Below, piece after piece: positions 12,976-26,020 of a DNA stretch of 64,000 nt. The notes beneath the pieces were generated by a model, which was not told the DNA's origin, searched no databases, and saw only the letters and a list, made by a program, of their open reading frames with translations. The translations under genes and the position numbers were made by a program. Within the stretch, counting starts at the first letter, position 1, and each line of letters starts with the position of its first letter. The DNA is from Podospora anserina (lineage: Eukaryota): positions 1,054,001 through 1,118,000 of the forward strand of contig CM030336.1 of assembly GCA_017654855.1 (NCBI GenBank). The letters are read 5' to 3'.

Positions 12976-14982
12976 ATGGAGCCTGACAAGCTTTGCCGTC
13001 GTTGCCAAAAGCTCGACCTTAACCCACTCTTTTCCCAAGAACCTTCCCATGGAGAAGTGGTCCCACTGGTCTTTGTGGGACAATATGTCTCTCGTGCCTG
13101 CGCATTGTGTCGACTTTTTGAAATTTACTGCGCTGGCGATGGCATGGGATCCGGCACCTTAATCTCTGCCTCCTGGAGATACGCCTCAAATTACGGCTGG
13201 AAGGAACCCGACGATGGCTTCGACTTCAGGATACTCGGCATCCTGCCTGAAGTCTCTAGCTACTCGCGTGACGAGGCGGCATTTCACAGAGCCCTGTTTC
13301 GACTGAGAGGATATATCGGAGAGCCTGTCACCAGTCCACCATCTTGGACAGATGGAACCATTGGGCCACGGTCCCTCGACCCGCGTGCCATCGACTACCC
13401 CCTCCTTCGCGCATGGCTCAATTATTGCAACCAAAAACATTGCAGAAAGACGGATTGCCAGCCTCTGAAAGTCGACAATCAGTGGCACTTTCGACTCATT
13501 GACTGCAAAACTCGCCTTGTCGTTGAAGCAGCGAGCCTCGGCACGCGATGTCCCCCCTTCTTGGCCCTCAGTTATGTCTGGGGTAAAGCCATACAACCAC
13601 GTCAATTAGACTACACCCAGCCGCTACAAGACCTTCCTCTCACCATTGAAGATAGCCTCACTGTTACCGACAAGCTGGGTTTCCGATACTTATGGGTAGA
13701 TCAATATTGCATTCGCCAACACGACGAAGGCGACAAGCATTCTCAGATTCGACTCATGGCAGAGATTTACGGATCAGCCCAAGCAACTATTGTGGCCGCA
13801 GTAGGATCGGATCCTACGTACGGCCTACCAGGTGTGAGCAAGACTCGACGATCGGCTCAACCACACGTCAAGCTTCGAAGCGGGTACTTAACCTGGTCTT
13901 ATGGTTCAACCAAGGACGACATATCATCCTCTGCTTGGTCGACACGTGGTTGGACATACCAAGAAGGAGTGCTCTCATCTCGGCGGTTGGTGTTTACGGA
14001 CAAGCAAGTGTATTTCCAATGCGGGCTCAGCTCGTTTTCGGAAGCGTTAAATATTCCCTTCGATCGAGTCGGATCGGCATCCAACGATGACATGTTTCCC
14101 CGTTTCCGAACCGCACCATATTCACTTGAGATTGGTGACCGGATATACGAATACACTCATCGGAAACTCGGCAACGAAGATGATATTCTCAATGCCTTCC
14201 AAGGAATACTTGGCCAATTCTCCAAGCTCAAGCCTCCCATACACAACATCTGGGGTATTCCAGTCTTGTGTAGCCCGAAAAATTGGACCCGATCCCCTAA
14301 GGGCTTCTTGGCTGGTCTCTGCTGGAGCCTGGGAGAGCCACCTGATGGGGAACCACCTGCCCGCCGCCATGGCTTCCCCTCGTGGTCGTGGGCCGGATGG
14401 AAAGGTGTAGCCATACTACATCCTCACAACGATGCAGTTCGCCCTGATAGTTTGATGGAGAATGACATTTATGTTGCTTTTGAGAGCCTTGATCGAACTC
14501 GCACGGAATGGTCCGAACTAGGCCCTTACCTTCAGACTGGTGCAAGGAGTGACCAGAGCCAGCTTCGGGTTTTGGCTCTTGATTGCCACGCTTTTCTATT
14601 TGAAAACCAGGTATTTGATGTCATTGGGTTGAAGATGATGGGCATCGAAAACACGGGGATTGATATGGGTGATTTATCGTCAGATATCGATCGTGTTGTG
14701 GTCAGCGCTGACCCACCTGGCCTCATACATTCCCTAGATAAAGCCATGAGGTGGACTGATCATAAATTTCGGCAACAGCTGCTTGTTGGGATACCGATCA
14801 AATTGCAAGCTACTTGGGAGGAAATGCCGCGGTTCTTTGTCCTGGTAATGCAGCAGAAGTCAGACTCGGACTTATACGAGCGTGTAGGACACTTTGAGTG
14901 GTCGGATCCGCGAAAGCTGTTCGATTTTGAGACCTTCTCAAGAAGTGTGGCGACAAGGCGGATGGTGTTGAGGATTGTATAA
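12976..14982 (+). CDS. HET-domain (heterokaryon incompatibility) protein, intronless
   Basis: FLALSYVWG, YLWVDQYCIRQ, MAEIY, WSTRGWTYQE, FPSWSWAGW; N-terminal CxxC...CxxC. ATG at 12976. Confidence 0.92.
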   Translation: MEPDKLCRRCQKLDLNPLFSQEPSHGEVVPLVFVGQYVSRACALCRLFEIYCAGDGMGSGTLISASWRYASNYGWKEPDDGFDFRILGILPEVSSYSRDEAAFHRALFRLRGYIGEPVTSPPSWTDGTIGPRSLDPRAIDYPLLRAWLNYCNQKHCRKTDCQPLKVDNQWHFRLIDCKTRLVVEAASLGTRCPPFLALSYVWGKAIQPRQLDYTQPLQDLPLTIEDSLTVTDKLGFRYLWVDQYCIRQHDEGDKHSQIRLMAEIYGSAQATIVAAVGSDPTYGLPGVSKTRRSAQPHVKLRSGYLTWSYGSTKDDISSSAWSTRGWTYQEGVLSSRRLVFTDKQVYFQCGLSSFSEALNIPFDRVGSASNDDMFPRFRTAPYSLEIGDRIYEYTHRKLGNEDDILNAFQGILGQFSKLKPPIHNIWGIPVLCSPKNWTRSPKGFLAGLCWSLGEPPDGEPPARRHGFPSWSWAGWKGVAILHPHNDAVRPDSLMENDIYVAFESLDRTRTEWSELGPYLQTGARSDQSQLRVLALDCHAFLFENQVFDVIGLKMMGIENTGIDMGDLSSDIDRVVVSADPPGLIHSLDKAMRWTDHKFRQQLLVGIPIKLQATWEEMPRFFVLVMQQKSDSDLYERVGHFEWSDPRKLFDFETFSRSVATRRMVLRIV

Positions 14983-15764
14983 TGCTACCATTCCATAATC
15001 CAAAGTGGCTCTGCTACCAAACTGCCCCATTCATTATCCTGCCCAGTGCGTTGGTGAGACCCAGACACATCGTTCTCTAACCAGAACAGAGAATAGAATC
15101 ACTCAAATGACTAGACTCGTCCTGTAGCTTTGTGCCAAAACGTCTAGAAAGAGAGCCAGTTGTACCTACCAGACATGACGCATCCTGTCTTTGACAAGCA
15201 TCATTAACAGAGGCTGAGCGGCAGTGGCAATTGGAAACGTTGGGGGCGATATCAGAAGATTATGAAGTCCCCTCAGTGCCTGGGCCGAGCGGGAGGGGTC
15301 AAGGTCCATCAGGGTCTAGATCGGCGAGTTTGGACCGACTGGGTTGTGAGAGGGTCGCAGGAGCATAATAAGTGACATGAAGTTGGCGATAAAAGCAGCT
15401 GTTCAATAACAAAGGTTAGGCACAAAAGAGATGTATTATCAGTCTGCTGTCTGTCTGTCTGTCCAACCCTTCTATGTTGCCTTGTCCCACTCATCCACCA
15501 AAAACAACCGAGGTATCACTGATGCAACGCGGCTAGAAACAAAAGAAACAAAGACCAAAGATACAATGATGAAAAACATGCCCAGAAAATATATGGCGGA
15601 AACCAATAGCATAAAACCCACGAATAAACGCCGATCCCATACTCTCCCACCAATCTCTGTATGCATCCTCACATGCTGGTATCACTAAACGGTTGTCGTC
15701 TCCCATATAAAGACAATAGAAAAGCAAAAACAACAAAAGAAAACAGGCGTCATCCCACATCAGC

Positions 15765-17416
15765 TCAGGCGGTGCTGTTGGGCTTCATAGCCTTCTGCAC
15801 CTCCCCAGTCTGAGCAGCCATCTTTCCAAACTGCCACTCCGGCAGAGTGATGCCAGTCTGCTCGTTGATAGTCGTCATGAGAGGTGGCAGCATCTGGTAG
15901 ATGTTGCGCATGGCCGCCGTGCCATTGGCAGCACCACCCTCACCACCAGCCTCAGCACCAGTGTTCCAGATGCTGATCTTGGGAGCCATGCCCCGGACAG
16001 CCTCAGCGTTAGCCTTGGCCAGCTCGACATAGGTACCCTTCTCAATCATCATGTACTGCAACAAGCCCTGAGGACCACCGAAAGCCTGGCTCATCTTGGC
16101 ATACGCCTCCGCCATGGCCATCATACCCTCCGCAGTCTTGATGTCACCCGCAAGCCTACCCTCAGCCTGCTTCACCGCGGCATCAGTCCAAGCCTCGGCG
16201 TTCTGCCTCGTCTGGTACGCCGCCGCTTCAGTTTCAACCTTGACCTTGTAGGCGGCACCCTCAGCAAGCTGCTTCGCCTTCTCGAAGTTGGCCTTGGCGT
16301 CAGCCTCGATCTCGTACGCAGCAGCGTCGGCAGCCTGCTGCTTGGCCTCGCGCTCAATGGTGGCCTTGACGACCTCAGTCGCACGGAGACGCTGCAGCTC
16401 AGCCTCGGCGCGCTTGATCTCGACCTTGACCTTCAACTCCTCGTCCTGAGCCTCGACGCTGCGCTTGGCAGCCACGCGGGAGATCTCGACGTCGCGGTTG
16501 AGCTCGGCCTTGCGGGTGTCGAGGACGGCTTCGGCGGAGGCGCGCTCAATATCGCGCTGTGTCTTGGCAACAGCGGTCTCGGCTTGGATCTTGGAGATCT
16601 CGCGCTCTTGTTCACCCTTGCGCTTGGATTCACCGACGTTACCCTTGAGCTGGGCCTCGGCGACGTCGATACGGGCCTGGTTAGTAGCACCCTCGTGAGC
16701 CTTCCTGCTCAAACTCTCAAAGTAGATCGAGTTTGGCGCATCCTTCAGCTCCTTGACGTTGGCGTTGTAAATCTTGAGACCAAACTGGTCCAACTCACTC
16801 TTGATGTTGCGGAAAATCCTCCTCTTGAACACCTCTCTCTCGGTGAAGATCTCCTCCATCGTCATGCTGGACACCAGCACACGCGTCTCACCCTCGATAA
16901 TACCCTTGACGATGTTCTCGAGGAAATCCTTGGTGCCGACCTTCTTGGCGCCAGAATCAGCCAGGAGCATGGCGTACTTCATGAGCGAGTCCCCTTGGTC
17001 CTCGCGACCGGCAACATGGCCGTGGTTGTCGTAGTCATAGACTCCGTCCTCATCGTCCTCGACGGGGGAGCCAGCGCTGCCGGCGCCGGAGACACCAAGA
17101 GGAGCAGGAAACTTGCCCTTCTTGTTAGCGCCGCGCTGGTTGACGTCGGGACCGACGGTGAAGACCACTGGGAGAAGGAACTGGAGTTTCTCCTTGGTCA
17201 TGGCTTGAAGGTTCATGGCGTAGTCGTGGGGCTGCACGCTGAAGCGCATGCAGCGCTGGAAGGGCCATACCCAAGCGGCCTTGGTGATTTTTACTGGGGG
17301 TGCATGTTAGCGGCTGATCACCAAAACGCTTTAGTGGTCGAAAACAAACCATTCTTGACTCCCATGCCAGTGATGGCAAGGTACTCATCGGGAGCGGCAA
17401 TTCTGTAGGAGGCCAT
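15765..17416 (-). CDS. Flotillin-like SPFH/band-7 protein
   Basis: MASYRIAAPDEYLAITGMG, intron 17294-17349, AMTKEKLQFLLPVVFTVGP, IIEGETRVL, Ala/Glu-rich coiled coil, C-terminal QTGITLPEW. Confidence 0.93.
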
Positions 17417-19073
17417 CTTGACAGTGTTGGTGGTGAGATGGAGTGGTTAGATGATTGGGGAAAAAGTCGCGAAAAGTTAATGGCCTTCAGTCGGTTATGT
17501 ATGTGTGCGCTCTCTGGGCTGAGAGCTAAGGTTTGCGAAGGATTGAGAATGAAGTAGTCACGCTGGTGGTGGATGGATCTTTGTTGCGCCACTGCCAACT
17601 GCTGTTGATGAATGACAACTGGCAAATCCACGTGGATAATATGGTGGATGATAATGAGGATATGGCTATGTTTGGAAATCGGGGTCAGCCTCTTCTTTAA
17701 GTACAACGATGCACGGCAGCAAACCAGTGAACCAGACATCTACGAGCGACTCGCCAAGTACACACAGCCTTGCCAATACCGCCTAACGCAGGGTTCTCAT
17801 TCAATAACACTGTGGATCATCTGATCTGGGATTCCGCTGACACGGCTATGCTGTCGCCACAAAGAGATTAGCCCATTCTGCCTTGAACCTGTGGGTGTGG
17901 CTGTGTCACCGATAAGGGAAAAGGGTTTTCTTGCGGAATAATGCTCGGTGGCAAGAATCTTGTCTCGGTGGCACCAATGACAGACGGAAGATGGATGCTG
18001 TTGCGAGAATGTTTGGCTGCTGGCGGGTTCTGGAAGAATTCCAAGCGCTGTCTGTTACTCACTGGGGAAAATGAGGGGTGGCACCGGTGATCCTCCGGGA
18101 AGATGCACTGGAACATAGCGTTTCCGGGTCGCACCACTGCTGTTGCGGGAGAGCACAACGTGCTAGATTCTCGCTTCAGAATACCAAAAGTCGTCTCGGT
18201 GTTTGAGCCCGTGGATCCTTTTTACTTGACAACAGCTCGACCGAGCATAGTTCAGGAACCGAATCGTCAATCTGGAGGCCCGATCTCTGACCGACCTGTC
18301 AGCCGCAACCGTCGGACATCAAACCACGATGCCCACGGATAGGTAACCCATCTACATGCCAAGCCCCGTCCCGCCTGTACCTAGTAGTTCGTGTTACGGA
18401 ATACCTATTTGGCAGGTCCTTCTTCTCTTGGATCAACATCGCCCCAAGCAGGAGATAAACGTCAGTTGGGATATCATGTGAGAAGAAATGACAAGGTTAC
18501 AGTCAGGCCGCAATTGAGCCCCGAGCCCCGAGATAGTTAACCCCGGCCCGCACACAAGATCCGCCGAGCCTGCAAGGCGCTACCTTAACCAACAATTCGG
18601 CAAGTTATAGCTTAGCCACACCCGTCTCCCCACACAGGCCGCCGTCATTGAATTTGGCGGGGTTACTTATCGCTATCACATTGCCCTCAAAGCCATCATC
18701 GCCAGGCACATTCTTGGACTGGAATCCGGCAGATTGTCAGCAAGGCTCAGCGACGCCTCGGTGAAAATTGCATCACAGACCACTGAAACGGGCGTTTTCG
18801 CACTGAATTCCGTTTGCACTCACGGTATCTTTTCTATCACAACTTGCAAAACCTCAGCGGTTAGGAGGCCCACGTTCCGCTGCGGGGATACGAGCTGCCG
18901 CATTTGACCTGACACAAATCACCTCACCTCCCCTGGGTGGCTGCGCATTGAACTTTTGAGAGCATTTCCTTCTCCATCGAACTCACTGTAACCCACCACT
19001 CAAACCGACACACGAATCATACTCTCGGACTTGACATGGGATTCAGCATTCAGCTCTGACAACACACGCAAAG

Positions 19074-20048
19074 ATGTCCTACCTTGACGGCCTCGACGAC
19101 GGCGACCTACCCCCAACCTACACCGAAGCCGTCACCACATCCCATACCGGCGGCAGCTTCACCAGCAGCCATGCCGGTCCCAGCTCCAGCACAGGCAACG
19201 ATAGCGTCCTGCTACCATCCTCGCTAACAAACTCACTTACCTCTCCCCTGACCAACCATCTTCGAACCCTTCCAAGACGTCTCTATCAAGCCCAGCAGGC
19301 CCGCGCAACAGAGCAAGCCTCCCGCGAGCTAGACATCATCACCGCTCTGGTCCCTCACATCGAGCACTTCCTCTCCAATCTGGGAAACCACCCATCCCAC
19401 GCCGCCGAGTTAGTCCTCGTGCCGGAAGCCGCCGTGCCGAAAGGATGGGTAATGACTGGCGCGGCGGAGCGGAGACGAGAAGGGGAAGTGGTCAAAATTG
19501 TCAAGGCCAATCTGGGGAAACTACTGAGTCAGCGCACCGGCTCAACAGCCACGACCCAATCTACAGGAAAAGGCGAGAAGTCATCCTACTCAAGAGAAGA
19601 AGACAATGACGACGGCGACAGTCCCAACGAAGACAAGCCCGAGTTTGACGAATGGGGTCGTTTCGAATGCGAGGACACAGACGGTATAGGGAGCAGTGAC
19701 ACTTCCCAGTGGCTGTGGTTCAAAGACGAGGGAATGGCGCGCAGACTGGCGACGTATTTGAGGCCAGAGCCGAATCTGGAGAGAAAGCATGTCCAGGCTA
19801 CCGTGGTGGAGAAGAAGGCGGAGAAGGGTATTTGGAAGAGCTGGGGGTCGAAGAACAAGGAGAGGGTGGGGAGTAACCCGTCGAGTCCGATTACACCGGG
19901 GACGCCGGGGACGGGAGAGAATGAGGATGCTGTCAAGATGGCTGTTAGGGCGAGGGAGATTACGTTTAGGAAGGAGAATGACTTTGGGGTGTGGGAGAGT
20001 CGGACGGGGTTCGGGATTGTTTGTAATGTGAGGATTGCTGCGAGGTGA
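19074..20048 (+). CDS. Hypothetical fungal protein (324 aa) with N-terminal PPxY motif
   Basis: Long ORF with good ATG context, LPPTY motif, structured C-terminus (EITFRKENDFGVWES). Confidence 0.8.
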   Translation: MSYLDGLDDGDLPPTYTEAVTTSHTGGSFTSSHAGPSSSTGNDSVLLPSSLTNSLTSPLTNHLRTLPRRLYQAQQARATEQASRELDIITALVPHIEHFLSNLGNHPSHAAELVLVPEAAVPKGWVMTGAAERRREGEVVKIVKANLGKLLSQRTGSTATTQSTGKGEKSSYSREEDNDDGDSPNEDKPEFDEWGRFECEDTDGIGSSDTSQWLWFKDEGMARRLATYLRPEPNLERKHVQATVVEKKAEKGIWKSWGSKNKERVGSNPSSPITPGTPGTGENEDAVKMAVRAREITFRKENDFGVWESRTGFGIVCNVRIAAR

Positions 20049-20994
20049 TGGGGAGAGTGGCGTGTTGGGAAGGGCAGCTTTGGAGGTCATTTTGAAATGA
20101 AAGGGTGACCTTAGGGGCCACGTTTATGATTTTGTGTTCATAATTTGAATGGTTACACAGTCTGTATTTGTGGTTCATAGAGCATCCTGCAGGTGGTATT
20201 GTATGTTGTTGAGTCGTGGAGAATCTGCTAGAGATTCCCCTTTTGGACGGCTCAGCTTTCCCCGTTGAGTCACATCATTTGAATTGAAACGCAGGCAATC
20301 GACTTGCCATCTTTTCCTGAAGCTATCACCCGTGAGCTGGTTTGAAGTTGTCTGCGGCTGAAGTTATCAATAAAACTCGAGGGCATCAACTTTTTGCAAT
20401 GTCGAGGCAAGCCACATCTACACCCTCGAAAAATGAGCTTTAGAAGAGAAACTCGAGGCAATTATGCTCTAACTGCGTGGAAAAAATACCATGACCATAT
20501 GGCATGCCACATCGCCTCCAGACAAGTAAATAGTAACGGATGTCAGCTCGGTGTATAGGAAGATGATGACCCAACAGCAACCACATGCGACCTCTTGCAG
20601 AGAATGATCATGTTATTGGGGTAGTGTAGGGAGGTAATATTGATGACGGCGATGTTGGCAGCCAGTACTGGCTCATTCGCTAACCTGGTATCACCAACTT
20701 AAGAATATTGGAAACCCCAACTGGACAGGAATGACCGTATTTCTTCTTGGGAGTGAGGTTAAGCTATTTGTCTGGAGTGAGTTCCATAACTTATTGATGA
20801 CGGGAGTGAGAAAGGTGGTGCTTCGGCTTCTTTACTGCATGTGCTATCTGTGCTACAAGCTGTTCGTTCAGTGGCCAGCTGAGGATCCGAAGCTCAACTC
20901 TCTCTTGCTCTCACGCAGTTGGCCATTTGGTACCGGTGGGGCAGTTGTGACCAAGTGTGAGGTGTGCACAAAGTTATCATGCTAGTTGTTGACA

Positions 20995-21710
20995 TTAGGT
21001 AGGTAGTCTATGGTGAAACTCTTCTCTACGCGGGTTGTTCATCCTTTGCGCTAACAGCTTCTGCAACATTCGGGGTTTCCATAGCCTCCAATATAGCCTT
21101 CCGCATCTCCGGTAACCATGGCTGAATCCCTTCCCGCGCCGTATTGCAAATCTCTCTTTGCACAACTCGTCCCACTCCCGCTCCCACCACTCCCTACTTC
21201 CTACTGGCACTTGCCCAGTCCCATCGTATTTGTCCCAGTTCCGAATAAGAGAGGCGAAAAATTTGTCAGCCGACTCGTCTGGCGCCCTTTCACCCTTTCC
21301 AGAAACTTTATGAGTCCATGTAAGATTCCGGCGCCAAACCATAAGCTTATAAGGTTCGTAGATGCACTCTGTGTCCCCATGGTGGAAATCTCCCGGATTG
21401 GCTCGATGAACTTGTACATGGCCCAGCTAAGGTTGTCGCCATTCGTACCAATCGTCTTCTGGAAGTCCAGTATCCTCCATACTGTTTCTTGAACGCCCTT
21501 CATTCTCGTGCCCAGATCGTGGGCAAGCCTCGTCGAACCTAGGCGCATGGCTATGAGTCTCCTCAAAGATCCAGAAGTTTCCGTTTGGCTTTGGTGGCAG
21601 TCCAGCGCTCACCAGAGTTGAAGCTTCTACTCCTTACCCTCATACAAATTATTCCGCTCGATAAGAGTAAGTGCTTCGTTAAGATGAGAAGTCAAAAGCC
21701 TGTTTTTCAT
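20995..21710 (-). pseudogene. Degenerate gene of unknown family
   Basis: ATG near 21710 (MKNRLLTSHLNEAL...) reads through TAG/TGA stops into ORF 21201-21566. An overlapping ORF (20995-21342) in another frame suggests a frameshift. Confidence 0.4.
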
Positions 21711-23532
21711 CCTGAGCTTCCTTGAGGGTCCGAGCTTCTGTTTTTTTTTTAAAAAAAAATGACCAAAAAACCTGTTTATGGTTGAGACAGATGCCGTAGT
21801 TGTGAATTGAGGTCAACGAGTGACCAGGGGTTGAAAGATAAGCTTAATTGGCCCACTCTGGAACCGCAGCTCCACACAATCAAAAAGGCTTGCTAGCTGT
21901 ATCTTATCGGTATCGATAAGCAATGTCGCAGTATCCGAACATCTCGCAATCCCAAAACCAAGACAGCACATATGTAACATACATAGTTTTATCGCCGCCC
22001 ATACGCGGATCCTTTGCCCGGATTTCATACGCGTGTAGAGCGTACGAGGTCGCGAGGGCTACAGGCCAGCGAAGCGTGGAGGGTTTGGCAATTGCATGAC
22101 GCGATCCACTCGAGTCTGGGATGGCGTTGGAAGAAAGCAGTCGTTTATGCACCTTGTGTCCGCACGTGGGTGGACGCGGGCATGTGGCATCTCGTGACTT
22201 CAGCTGAGGTGAAAATGGTGTGGTTCTGGATTTTTGTCGCACAACATTTTTTCCCAATCCAGCTGATGTCTCCCAATCCAAGGTGGTTCGACATCTGGAG
22301 TATCACGAGCGGTAATCTGATGTTGTGCTCAGCGAAATGGGCAGATGAATGGGAAATTTTTGAGATGGGAGATTCCCCCTGCCAAGACAAGATTCCCACC
22401 GCTCAGTTTCCGACCTTGCAAATTGTAGACGGATCCCTGCCCACAAGTGACCTTCCAGATGCGGAGAAGGGGCCAGACCAGACGGGGATTCGCGCCCGCC
22501 GACCGGGAGTGGGGTTGCAACAACAGCGACCAGCACCGCACAACAGATCCATCAGAAACAAAAATTGCAGGGCCTGTCCCAGCGTCCCCCCAGCATTCTC
22601 TCCTTCTATCGGTCCTGTCAGAGGCCGGCCGACCGTCACGGCGGATCTCTCTCCTGTCCATCGCCGGTCTTGGCGCCAAACAAACGTCAATCCCGCCGTT
22701 GGATAGTTGGCAGGTGGCACGCCCCTTTTCCTTTTCCTTTCCCCAATTCCCGACTCGTCTCGTCGTGCATGTGAGGCGTACGGTATGCACCAACGGGAGC
22801 GGAACACTGTTTGTTGGTCCGGCACAGTGGTCTCCATACCATAAGCGAGGGCTCGCGTCGGTCTCGACCCTCCTGCTCCGCTCCTCTGTAGTTCATCGAG
22901 ACGGGAGCTCTCTCTGCAGAGTGCCAGTGAGTGCCCAGCAGAGTGAAGGGTGTCGAGATGTTTGGTGCACTCTGCGCACTCTTGGGTAACTCGACCCACT
23001 CCCGTGGTTACACCATCCAAGCCATTCCAAGATTTGGCCCGGTTCGCTTGCGGGACAGAGGAGATGAGACCGCGCGGTGGTTGAGCTCAGCCCCAACGCC
23101 AAGTTGCCCCAAGCTGCCCACTTGGTTTTAGCTTCAGAGCTCCTCCCATCTTCAGGGTCCTGCCCCACGTGCAGTCTGGTTCCATGGATTCACCTCCCAA
23201 GACTTTGCCTTTCCCTGTTTCCCTCGTCTCTCTCTCGGCTCGTCATCCATCTCCCCTTTAGCCGCTCCTGGTGTTTAAGGAGTTGCTCCGTTATCTGGGA
23301 TTCCACAAAAAGTCTCTCGTTGCACCCTGCTTTCTTGGGTTACTTCCCACCCGTTCGCTCTTTTTTCTGCCGTTCCAGGTTTCTCTCTTTTCTTATTTAC
23401 ACTTCCGCCAGCCAGTCATCGGCCAAACCTACTAGACAAGAAAGTCAACAAGTCAACAAATACCCCGACCCTTTCAACATCCAACATAAACCCATCATAT
23501 TACCTACAATACAGCACCCCGACAATACCATC

Positions 23533-25327
23533 ATGTCGCGCGACAACGTCCTCTGCCCACGGGCGGTTCAGGACCTCATCGCCGACGGCCACATCATTGT
23601 CATCTACGACGAATATGTACTGAAGCTGGACTCGTGGCTGGAGAGGCATCCCGGTGGCAGTCTGGCCATTCTTCACATGGTTGGAAAGGATGCGACGGAC
23701 GAGATCAATGCGTAAATATTGCCTGCTTCCGACTGGACAATGGATGCAGTTGAGTGCTGACACATTGGTGGGGCGTCTACGCAGGTACCACAAACCCCCA
23801 ACATTAAAGACCATGAAGGCTTTCCGTATTGGTCGCAAGCCTCCCGGCATCTGGACGAACACAACACCACCAATTCGCGGTGGCGTCTACGTCAAGGAGC
23901 CCGAGGAGAAGCCCACTGTCGAATCCACCATCCCCACCGACGTATCCGATGCCGAGGACTCTTCAGTTTTGGAGACGAGCATTAGTGATATCTCCGAGTC
24001 GCGAAGCACGGGCACAGCTCCTACTTCAGAGGATAGCTGCGGAGAGGACCCCGAGGAGACCACAATCGAGCGCATGGGCGAGACAGATGGCGAGACATTC
24101 AGATTCCGGTCTGCCAAGAAGATTTATGTTGGAAAGAAGGACCCTCTGGCATTTACCACCTGGGCCGAGAAGCAGGATGAGGCCCGCGACATCCTCGAGT
24201 ATCCCTCTGTCGACCCAGCTGTGCAGCAAGACATTGTCAAGAAATACCGCGAGCTCCATGAAAAGGTTTACGAACTCAACCTCTACGAGTGCCCCTACAT
24301 CGAGTATGGCAAGGAGATGTGCCGCTACACCACTCTGTTCGTCGCTTCCATGACCGCTCTCTATAATCAGTGGTACTTGACATCAGCTTTCTTCCTGGGC
24401 TTGTTCTGGCATCAGATCATGTTCGTTGCGCACGATGCCGGCCATCGCGCCATCACCGGAAACTTTGTTATCGACAGTCTAATTGGCATGTTCGTCGCCG
24501 ACTTTTGCTGCGGTCTTTCGATTGGTTGGTGGAAGAGCAGTCACAACGTTCACCATCTCATCACCAACATGCCCGAGCACGATCCCGATATCCAGAACGT
24601 CCCTATCTTCGCCACCTCGCCCTCTTTCTTCCGGAGCCTTCACTCGACCTACTACGACTTCACCTTCATCTGGGACGCCGCTGCCAACTTCCTTGTACCC
24701 TTCCAAAAGTACACCTACTACCCTGTCATGGGCATCGCGCGCTTCAACCTCTACCTCCTCTCGTGGCTGCATGTCCTTTCTTCCAAGGCCTCGTCCCTCG
24801 GAAGCAGCAAGGCGTGGTGGATCCGCCCCGCTGAGATCGCCATGATGTCTTGCTACTGGTACATCTTTGGTTACCTCCTCCTCTGGTGCACCCTTCCCAG
24901 TTGGCCCGTCCGAATCGGATTCGTCCTTGTCTCGCACATCGTCACCATGCCCCTCCACGTCCAAATCACCCTCTCCCACTGGGCCATGTCCACCTCTGAC
25001 CTCGGCGAATCCGAATCCTTCCCCCAGCGCCAGCTGCGCACCACCATGGATGTCGACTGCCCCGCCTGGCTCGACTTCATCCACGGCGGTCTCCAGTTCC
25101 AGGCCGTCCACCACCTCTTTCCCCGTGTACCCAGACATAACTTGCGCAAGGTCCAGACCCTGGTCAAGCAATTCTGCGCCGAGACGAACATCCCATATGT
25201 TCTTCTCAGCTTCGAGGATGGCAACAAGAAGGTCCTGAACAGGTTGCAGGAGGTGGGCGACCAGGTTGAGCATTTGATCAACTGCCAGAAGTATATGGCT
25301 GCTACCGGCGAGAGCGGTTTGCATTGA
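23533..25327 (+). CDS. Delta-8 sphingolipid desaturase (cytochrome b5 fusion, front-end desaturase)
   Basis: HPGG heme motif; His boxes HDAGH, HNVHH, QAVHH; intron 23712-23784. Confidence 0.93.
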
Positions 25328-26020
25328 TGGATATGACATGAACGGAGTTTTTGTTTTTCTTTTGACACGAATAGTTGGGAATTTCTTTTATGATGGGTTT
25401 CATGGCGATGAATTTTTTCTTGTTTGAGCTAAGCTTTCTTTATTTCTGACGCTCAGATTTGCATGTTAGACTTGTTGGCGTGGGCGAGGGTAAAAAATGG
25501 GAAAAGAGAGCTTCCCAGGCCACCACGAAAGAAAACTTATATATATTTGTAGTAATACGTTTTGTACATATGATGGGCATTTTTGGGAAGGGACTAAATT
25601 AGACATTGACTGTCCGGGATAACCAGTAATGCTGTATTGTTCCTCATTGCTGGGTGATTATTTTTGCTATGTAGCTGGTACACACAAGTAACCAAGAACA
25701 CAAGACCTCAAAAAGCTGTGGGACAACCCATATCAGCAAAACCCTACAAAATTGGCCCAGGCCAACATACCTACCTATACGAGGTCTGCTTGTTAACAGT
25801 AAACATCGGTAGCAATGACTGCGTTCATTCATATCTTTATACAACTCTCACCACAAGTACTATTTATCTATCAAGTAGATACCAGGTAGCACTCTATCTT
25901 ACTACCACCCAATAGAGTCCAAAGCCAACACGACTAATAGAACTCTATCCTTTCCTACCAACTCGGATATGTTCTCGTCATATCAACTCCTCTCTCCAAT
26001 TGCCGGAACCCAAAAGAATA

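Noticed and set aside
22014-23530. GC-rich overlapping ORFs upstream of the desaturase
   Set aside because: Consistent with promoter/5' UTR; no protein features.
24479-25339. Long antisense ORFs over the desaturase (similar ones over flotillin, the dehydrogenase and the permease)
   Set aside because: Shadow ORFs caused by codon bias of the real genes.
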